The notes beneath the pieces are model-generated. The model worked only from the letters and a program-made list of their open reading frames with translations. It did no database searches and was not told where the DNA came from. The translations under genes and the position numbers were made by a program. 64,000 bases of DNA, taken from the NCBI GenBank assembly GCA_951406725.2, contig OX597832.1:23436001-23500000 (forward strand), given 5' to 3'. Shown piece by piece: positions 55,824 through 64,000 of the stretch. Numbering within the stretch: the first letter of the stretch is position 1; the number at the start of each line of letters is the position of its first letter. The stretch is from Octopus vulgaris. Lineage: Eukaryota.

Positions 55824-56383
55824 CATATGCATATAATGTACGTGTATGTATTTATATAGATAAAATATATACACATTACCATATACAAAAAGGTAAAATA
55901 TGTGACAGCGTGCGTCTCAAAAAAACCTTTCGAAGTGAGATTGAGTGTTCCAGATAATTTTCTGTCCTAAAAACCAGTTTTAAAACCTACTAAAACAAGA
56001 TGTTCATTTTTTTAACGGAAAACATATTTAGGCATTTTTTTATCAGTTTTTTTTTTAATATCTTTATATTTATGAAATTTTGCTATTTTTTTTTCTTTTT
56101 ACAGTTTCAATATTTTAATATTTCTTATTTTTTAAATTTTTTGTATTTTATAGAAAATAAATGTACAGTTTCAAATTATTTTTGCTTCGTTATTTATTTT
56201 TATCCTTGTTTTTTTTTTATTCAAATTAATTTCAAGCTTGATTTTGTAAGATTTGTTGTACAAAATATTTCCAAATTCTTCGATTCTTGGATTAATAAAT
56301 GTGCTTATAAATATTCCACCATAACTCAATTGAGGAGTAATGTACATACTGGCTCAAATACATGTGTACGTATACACACACAT

Positions 56384-56416
<33 letters not shown>

Positions 56417-56537
56417 AACACACACACATACACTCACACATATTTATATGTATACAAACACATACATATAATGGTACATATGTGATTAAATGTTCATATA
56501 CATAAATGCATATGTATTCACATATATTTTTATGTAT

Positions 56538-56594
<57 letters not shown>

Positions 56595-56716
56595 CACAAT
56601 TATATATTTATGTACATATGAACGCATATACAAATATACACATGTATATATACATATATATATATACTCATAGCCTCATATGCATATGTGTTGGTGTGTA
56701 CTTGTGTGTATGTATG

Positions 56717-56748
<32 letters not shown>

Positions 56749-56749
56749 C

Positions 56750-56819
<70 letters not shown>

Positions 56820-56998
56820 CGAGAGAGAGAGACACACAGAGAGGCAGCTCTCCACGTTTAAGCCGGGGAAAGCCAATGTTAAAAATATCAGCTATATCAT
56901 TTAAACATAGCATATATGTGCTTGCTCTTTTATTTAGATAAAAATAAAGTCAAACTGTAAAGTATTATTTACATATCATTGAAACTATTTCAACGGGA

Positions 56999-57050
<52 letters not shown>

Positions 57051-57092
57051 CATATGTATGTATGTATGTATTATGTATGTGTATAATGTGTG

Positions 57093-57131
<39 letters not shown>

Positions 57132-57363
57132 CATACGCTTTCATCAACAGATATGTAGATATATATATCTAACTACCAAAGAATTACAAATCTCCCCTTG
57201 AAAAATCTACATGAAACCGAAATATATACGTGTGAATACAATGTACAAATTATATATAGCTATATACACATAATCACAGACATACACACAATTTTATGCA
57301 TAATATATATATAGGTATATATGCATTTGCTGATATATATATATTTATAAACATATGTATATG

Positions 57364-57401
<38 letters not shown>

Positions 57402-57449
57402 AGTGTAAATACATCTATATATAACACGTATATGCGTGTATATATATAT

Positions 57450-57486
<37 letters not shown>

Positions 57487-57525
57487 TCAAATAAAGTATG
57501 TCCTTATTAAACAAAAATTAGTATT

Positions 57526-57589
<64 letters not shown>

Positions 57590-58576
57590 CTTTATAAAAT
57601 AAAATATGTTCTGATAAAACAAAATTTAATATTATTGAACTTATATCAACTTCAATAATGTTTCCTTCTTGCATCTGCTCTCCTTTTTCGTCTTGTTACA
57701 TGCTGCCATTATATAAATATATATACTTTTTGGAATCTGCTTTGATTTTTATATTTGATTAATTTATTTTTTGTTTCTATTTTGCGTTTTCTTTTTCGGG
57801 TTTTTTTTTTCTTTTGGTATTTCCATACATATTCATAGTATGGAGTTCGTATTATTCCCATTTAGAACAACATGGATATTCTTCCCACTTGACTTGACAA
57901 TTATCTCTGCTATGAGAAAAAAAAAAACGCTTTTTTATTGATTATTGTTATTTTATTTCTTTAGTTTCCAAATCATTTCCAAGCGCCGAAGTAGAAGTTT
58001 GACATGCATATCTCGAGGAACGATATTCCTTAAAAGCCGTTGCCGGAAATATATCTTTGTTTTCACTGATTCAAAAATTTTATAAAAAAACACCCTGCAA
58101 CGTTACACCGTACAAATCATATTTTTGCTATATTATTGTTGATTTTACTTTTAGTAGTCTTGCTGTTCCATTTTGCTTTTCTCCGCACAGCGCTTCATTT
58201 GGTATGTTCCATGTGTCTCCTCTCTTAATGTACACTAGAGACACAAACAAAATGCACGCAACCGAATATTTGATAGTAGTTGATGTGTTAACCTCACAAA
58301 TTATTCAGTTTCGTGAGCTCAATTGCACAACCATGTCCGATGGCTTAGATGACTATTCATCCGTCTTGCCTTGGCAATTTTTCATGACTGATAATGAAAC
58401 CGAATACCAACTGATACGGCGGTGGTTAAACAGAATATAGGTGATGGCAATTCTCGAAACGGTGTGATAGACGAATACAACTGAATCATTGTTTAGTGAC
58501 AAAGAAATAATGGTTGTATTCTCTCTGTATAAAACCAGGAATCGTTTACTTTCGGTTGTGTGTTTTTCTCTCTTTT

Positions 58577-59116
58577 TTACAGCTGACATGTCTCTGAAAG
58601 TTTAGTATCGGCATTACTGTTCTGATCTTGGAACTTCGGTGATGCTACAGGACTGGCCAGCATGCCTTGTCGCATTTCCATCATTTCATCTCGGCTCCCT
58701 CTCGGTGAGGAATTGTAGCCCCTATTTATAACATTCAGACGATTTTCGTTATATTCTACGTCATCATCGGTTTTGATATCCATTGTAACGCTTCGAGTTT
58801 GGCTAAAAGCACTCGTACGCGTGTCGAATGAGACCGCACGGTTATATTTATAATGACGGACATATTTGCTGCCTCGTATGCAGGAGCAAATTGCCAGTTT
58901 AAACATTTCCCGGAAGTTTTTCGACATGAACGCATACACAACAGGGTTCACACAACTGTTTAGATACGACATGATGAAAAATGCTTGTCTCATTGGTTTC
59001 AACCAACCAATATGTAAAGAATCGATAACATCAAAGGCTGTCAAAACATTCTGGATCAAAATCGGGCCCCAGCAAATCGCGAACAGAAGTACAACCGTTA
59101 CCAACATTTGAACAAC
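58577..59116 (-). CDS. Terminal coding exon of a class A (rhodopsin-like) neuropeptide GPCR: TM6, ECL3, TM7, helix 8 and C-tail
   Basis: Translation VVQMLVTVVLLFAICWGPIL...MSYLNSCVNPVVYAFMSKNFR contains the CWxP (TM6) and NPxxY (TM7) motifs and helix 8. The acceptor tttctatttgcag precedes 59116 on the minus strand, and the TAA stop is at 58579-58577. The subfamily (QRFP/galanin/kisspeptin-receptor-like) is not resolved. Confidence 0.93.
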   Translation of the reverse strand, partial: VVQMLVTVVLLFAICWGPILIQNVLTAFDVIDSLHIGWLKPMRQAFFIMSYLNSCVNPVVYAFMSKNFREMFKLAICSCIRGSKYVRHYKYNRAVSFDTRTSAFSQTRSVTMDIKTDDDVEYNENRLNVINRGYNSSPRGSRDEMMEMRQGMLASPVASPKFQDQNSNADTKLSETCQL

Positions 59117-59197
59117 CTGCAAATAGAAATGAAATGTAATTAACACAAAATAACTTTAGCACATCTTTCAAATTTCCCTACTTATAAATGTATACCA

Positions 59198-59430
59198 AAG
59201 GTGGCGAGTTGGCAGAACCATTAGCACGCCGGCCGAAATGCGTAGCCGTATTTCGTCTGCCGTTACGTTCTGAGTTCAAATTCCGCCGAGGTCGACTTTG
59301 CCTTTCATCCTTTCGGGGTCGATAAATTAAGTACCAGTTACGCACTGGGGTCGATGTAATCGATTTAATCCGTTTGTTTGTCCTTGTTCATCCCCTCTGT
59401 GTTTAGCCCCTTGTGGGTAGTAAAGAAAAA
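59198..59430 (+). mobile_element. Family C SINE (intronic)
   Basis: Full length with C1 tail. Confidence 0.92.
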
Positions 59431-59445
59431 TATAAATGTATACCA

Positions 59446-59677
59446 ATTTCTTTACTACCCACTAGAGGCTAAACACAGAGGGGACAAACAAGGACAGACA
59501 AACGGATTAAGTCGATTAAGTGGACCCCAGTGCGTAACTGGTACTTATTTAATCGACCCCCGAAAGGATGAAAGGCAAAGTCGACCTTGGCGGAATTTGA
59601 ACTCAGAACGTAGCGGCAGACGAAATACAGCTAAGCATTTCGTTCGGCGTGCTAACGATTCTGCCAGCTCACCGCCT
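59446..59677 (-). mobile_element. Family C SINE (intronic, tail-to-tail with the previous copy)
   Basis: Full-length reverse copy. Confidence 0.92.
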
Positions 59678-59833
59678 TATAAATGTATACCAGCGTTCTA
59701 TATGTTTGTGCTAATCTGGATGTATATCTGGTGAGGTTATGCTTATAAATATAGAACATATATACCATACCATACATGTATAAGAGATTACTGACAGAAG
59801 GTCATAAGTGATGCTGTTATTATTTAATATATT

Positions 59834-60043
59834 AAGACGGTGAGATGACAGAAACGTTAGCACGTCGTGTGAAATGCTTAGCGGTATTTCGCCTGTCTGC
59901 ACGTTCTGGGTTCAAATTCTGCCAAGATCGACTTTTATCTTTTATCATTCCGGGGTCGATAAATTAATTACCAGTGAAATACTGGGGTCGAAGTAATTGA
60001 CAAGTCCCCCTTCCCCCAAATTTCAGGCCTTGTTCTTTTAGTA
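59834..60043 (+). mobile_element. Family C SINE with C2 tail
   Basis: Ends ccccaaatttcaggccttgttcttttagtag. Confidence 0.85.
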
Positions 60044-60103
<60 letters not shown>

Positions 60104-60386
60104 GTGCGTGTGTGAAGCGCTAAAGAAAATTGATGTTTGGACGTCATAGAATAAATCCACGCTAAAAGCTAAAATCATAAAATAACAGTCTTGACGACAT
60201 GAGTAAATAATATTATTAAATTAATTTCACTTAAATAGAGTTCATTTTTATTCTTTATGTATCACTATTAGGTATTTATACACTTCATGATGTATTATTT
60301 TAGTGGAACAGGTATTGAATGCAATTACATTAAGAACCCTCTGTTACATTTATACTTTCCTCTATGTGTGTGTGTGAGAGAGAGAG

Positions 60387-60420
<34 letters not shown>

Positions 60421-60592
60421 TACGCTGATGTCTCATTTCATATCCACTTATAATCAAACAAATGTTACATGACACTGACAGTTTACGCAATACTTTTCGT
60501 ATCGTATTGTTTTAGCATGAATATTACTAATAGTGACTTCGACATTTCGGACAAATTACCTTATATATGTGAGCATTGATATCATCTACTAT

Positions 60593-60824
60593 ACTCTTTA
60601 CTCTTTTACTCTTTTACTTGTTTCAGTCATTTGACTGCGGCCATGCTGGAGCACCGCCTTTAGTCGAGCAACTCGACCCCGGGACTTATTCTTTTTTGTA
60701 AGCCCAGTACTTATTCTATCGGTCTCTTTTGCCGAACCGCTAAGTAACGAGGACATAAACACACCAGCATCGGTTGTCAAGCAATGCTAGGGGGACAAAC
60801 ACAGACATACAAACACACACATAC

Positions 60825-60888
<64 letters not shown>

Positions 60889-61048
60889 GACGGGCTTCTT
60901 TCGGTTTCCCTCTACCAAATCCACTCACAAGGCTTTGGTCGGCCCGAGGCTATAGTAGAAGACGCTTGCCCAAGGTGCCACGCAGTGGGACTGAACCCGG
61001 AACCATGTGGTTGATAAACAAGCTACTTACCACACAGCCACTCCTGCG
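60593..61048 (-). mobile_element. Family D SINE (intronic)
   Basis: Full-length reverse copy with internal (TA)n. Confidence 0.92.
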
Positions 61049-61525
61049 GCTATATCAATTAAAAATTATTGATACCCTTCTTTTGAAACACACTTAAGAT
61101 CTATTTTCACTAGACTTGTTCTATATTTCATACGTCTTTTATATACATTCATAACGAACGCCATCATACCCGTGTGAATAATACCAATTATCACGACAAA
61201 CGAAAGAAGCTTCGGCAGAAGTGAAACTTATAAACTGAAGGTAAAAGCAAAAGCATCCTAATCGAAAAGGGTCAAATAGTTAACTGATTCAACCGCATAT
61301 ACGAAAGTAGAAGAAAATAATGAGCATCCACTGTAGACTGTAAATTTGCCAGTATTTATTTCAATGGAATTATGTCATAGATAAAGTAACGGAGGTGCGA
61401 ATGAATATTTTACTCTTAAAGAACTAAAAGATAAGAGAAAAAACACTATTATCGTTAAACGGGGAAAATGTCTCCTCCACAAATTAATTGCTCCCCTTTC
61501 GACACCTTTATATATAAATAAATAA

Positions 61526-61643
<118 letters not shown>

Positions 61644-61876
61644 CATATACATATATATATATTTACAAACATATGTATATATACATATATATGTACACAT
61701 ATATATACATATCTCATTTTGTCTCATATATGTATATGTGTTTCTACATATATGTACATATATATAAAAAATATATCTAGGGAAATAAATACACAGATAC
61801 ATATGCATATGTACATCCATACACACACACTTAAGTGTGTTTCTATACACGTATACATATATATCATTACACACAT

Positions 61877-61932
<56 letters not shown>

Positions 61933-62228
61933 CGGGATCGGTAGACAGAAGCAAAGAGAGAAAGAGGTGGTGAAGGAAGAATGAAGGTTAAATTAAAAAG
62001 CCTCGATGTCGGTTCTTCAAGCAATTGTTAATGTTTATTACTTAACCAGTTTCATCTATTTCATAACTAAACGTCTATTGTCTGTTAACGTGTGAAAGAT
62101 ATTACCATTACAAGTTCCTTCTATTTTAACGATAACAACCCGTTTATATAGTGATTTACTAATGTACAGATATGTGTGTGTGTATACATATATATATATA
62201 TATATTTCATATATATGTATATATATAT

Positions 62229-62281
<53 letters not shown>

Positions 62282-62839
62282 CAATCTTACTTAGAAATGG
62301 ATGCGTGCGTTCCGTCATATAATAAATTAATAAATAAAACACATGCATATATACATACATATATGTACGTACCTACCTCTACATCTATATATACACGCAT
62401 ATATGGGTACAGGACACCAAAAAACGTCGAACAAAATGAGAAACGAAAACATAAACACAAAACCAAGGAACTGGACATTTTTCTTAAACAACAAAAAAAT
62501 AGAGTACAGGACAAATAACATAAGGAAAATTCCCCTTCTTCAGTCGCCATGGTTTCATCTATTCTACGTTTCGAATGTGAAGGCGATACGCATCTTCGAT
62601 AGAAACTTTCCTTCCCGCGAAAAGCAAATTAAATAAAATTTGAGATCTTTTTGCGGAGGGGTAAAAATGGTAACAAAAACAGGACAGTAACGACAGTACA
62701 AAATATAAACAGTAAAAGACAGGACAAGGAGTATAACAAGACAAGAAGGGCTGCTAAGCCGAACGAGAAAATATTACGAACGCTATTTTTGAGAACGGCG
62801 AAGGAGCAACAGAAATTATATATATATATATATATATAC

Positions 62840-62993
62840 AGGTGTGGCTATGTGATAGGAAGCCTGCTGCCCAACAACATTGTTCCGGGTTCATTCCAAC
62901 TGCGTCGCACCTTGTGAAAGTGTCTTCTACTATAGCTTCGGGGCAACCAAAGCCTTGTTGTGGATTTGGTAGATGGAAACTGGAAGAAGTCCC

Positions 62994-63037
<44 letters not shown>

Positions 63038-63098
63038 CCACACGCGCGCACATACACACAGAGTCAAATGACTGAAATAAATAAAAGAGTAAAAGAGT
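62840..63098 (+). mobile_element. Diverged family D SINE, internally deleted
   Basis: D-like head, (CA)n, then gtcaaatgactgaaa...gtaaaagag. Confidence 0.75.
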
Positions 63099-63342
63099 AC
63101 TTGTACTAAAGTCGTTGACGTAAATATACTCTGAACGTTATCTTACTGTGAGTGCTGACCTCGAGCGGTGCGATTACCGTTGGCGCTGCAGGCAACCGAA
63201 TGAATCACCGCCGTAAACTGGTTAAAGCGGTTGACGTAAACATACGTCGAACCGTTGTCTTGCGCTAATTGCTGATTTCAGCCGAGATGATAACCGTCAA
63301 TGTAGCTTGTCGTCAAGGGGTTAAATCCTTGAAATTCCTCGT

Positions 63343-63675
63343 ATCGGTATGTTTTGCCGAAGCGCTAAGTTACCGGGACGTAAACACACCAACGCCGGTT
63401 GTCAGGCAGTGGTGTGGTTCGAACAAGCGCACACGCACATGAACACACACATACACACACACTCGAGCGCGTGCACACACATACATACTTATATATTTAG
63501 GATCAATATGTGTGTTTGTATTCGACAGACTTCTTTCAGTTTCCGTCAACCAAATCCATTTGCAAAGGTTTTGTCCTGTCCGAGCCTATAGTAGAAGACT
63601 CCTGCCCAATGTGCCACGCAATGGGACTGAACCCGGCACCATGTGGGTGTGAAGCAAATAGTTACACCTATGCCT
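63343..63675 (-). mobile_element. Diverged family D SINE
   Basis: cgctaagttac..ggacgtaaacacacc and cttctttcagtttccgtc..gtgccacgcaatgggactgaaccc. Confidence 0.75.
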
Positions 63676-63850
63676 ATATGGGTATGTTTGTGTATGTATA
63701 CGTATATATTCGTACAGAGGTGTTCCCCTTTCATATCTAGGGCCAACAAAGCTTATGACACCAAGGTCGGATCTCTTATCTCTTATAAAAATAGAACCAC
63801 ATATGATTTAAGAAGGTGACCTCAGGTATATTTGCATATTTTGTTTTTAC

Positions 63851-63974
63851 CTGTTTAGTTGTGTTGTCGTCTTCTGCTGTTGTCTTCTTCTGTTCTTTGT
63901 ACATTGTATTCGGCTTTCGAACAATGGGAGCGACACTTCTCTGCGATGATACTTCTGTTAATTGTTGATTCTCA
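63851..63974 (-). CDS. Preceding coding exon of the same GPCR (end of intracellular loop 3)
   Basis: Minus strand: polypyrimidine acceptor tttctcttttccattttcttttag, then an open 124-nt exon (t + ENQQLTEVSSQRSVAPIVRKPNTMYKEQKKTTAEDDNTTKQ), then donor cag|gtaaaa. It ends in phase 0 and joins in frame to give EDDNTTKQ|VVQML, a typical ICL3-TM6 junction. It is absent from the ORF track. Confidence 0.85.
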
Positions 63975-64000
63975 CTAAAAGAAAATGGAAAAGAGAAATT

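Noticed and set aside
58057-58440. 127-aa plus-strand ORF
   Set aside because: Antisense to the probable GPCR 3' UTR, with a non-ATG start and no recognisable motif.
59117-59146. N-terminal MLITFHFYLQ of the 189-aa ORF
   Set aside because: Intronic polypyrimidine/acceptor sequence; the exon starts at 59116.

Overview
AT-rich, microsatellite-saturated animal genomic DNA. The SINE repertoire and repeat landscape suggest a coleoid cephalopod, most likely Octopus (inference). The only host gene I can support is the 3' part of a minus-strand rhodopsin-class neuropeptide GPCR, seen as two spliced exons: 63851-63974 (end of intracellular loop 3) and 58577-59116 (TM6, TM7 and C-tail). The rest is repeats: at least four tRNA-headed SINE groups, CR1-group and R4/Dong LINE fragments, mariner relics and MITEs, a hAT-like transposase relic, two non-autonomous Helitrons, palindromes and simple repeats. 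Almost all ORFs in the supplied track are microsatellite artefacts. The main points of interest are: (1) about ten short non-coding modules carrying type-I hammerhead-ribozyme folds, mostly inside (TA)n tracts and sometimes as inverted pairs, probably derived from Penelope-like elements; (2) SINE heads and tails that combine in a mix-and-match way; (3) a SINE that forms head-less multimers joined at or next to GGTATTTC; (4) two opposite-orientation SINEs sharing a triplicated target site about 80 nt from the GPCR splice acceptor; (5) candidate partner LINE 3' ends for two SINE families. All coordinates were read by eye, and repeat boundaries are approximate to a few bases.
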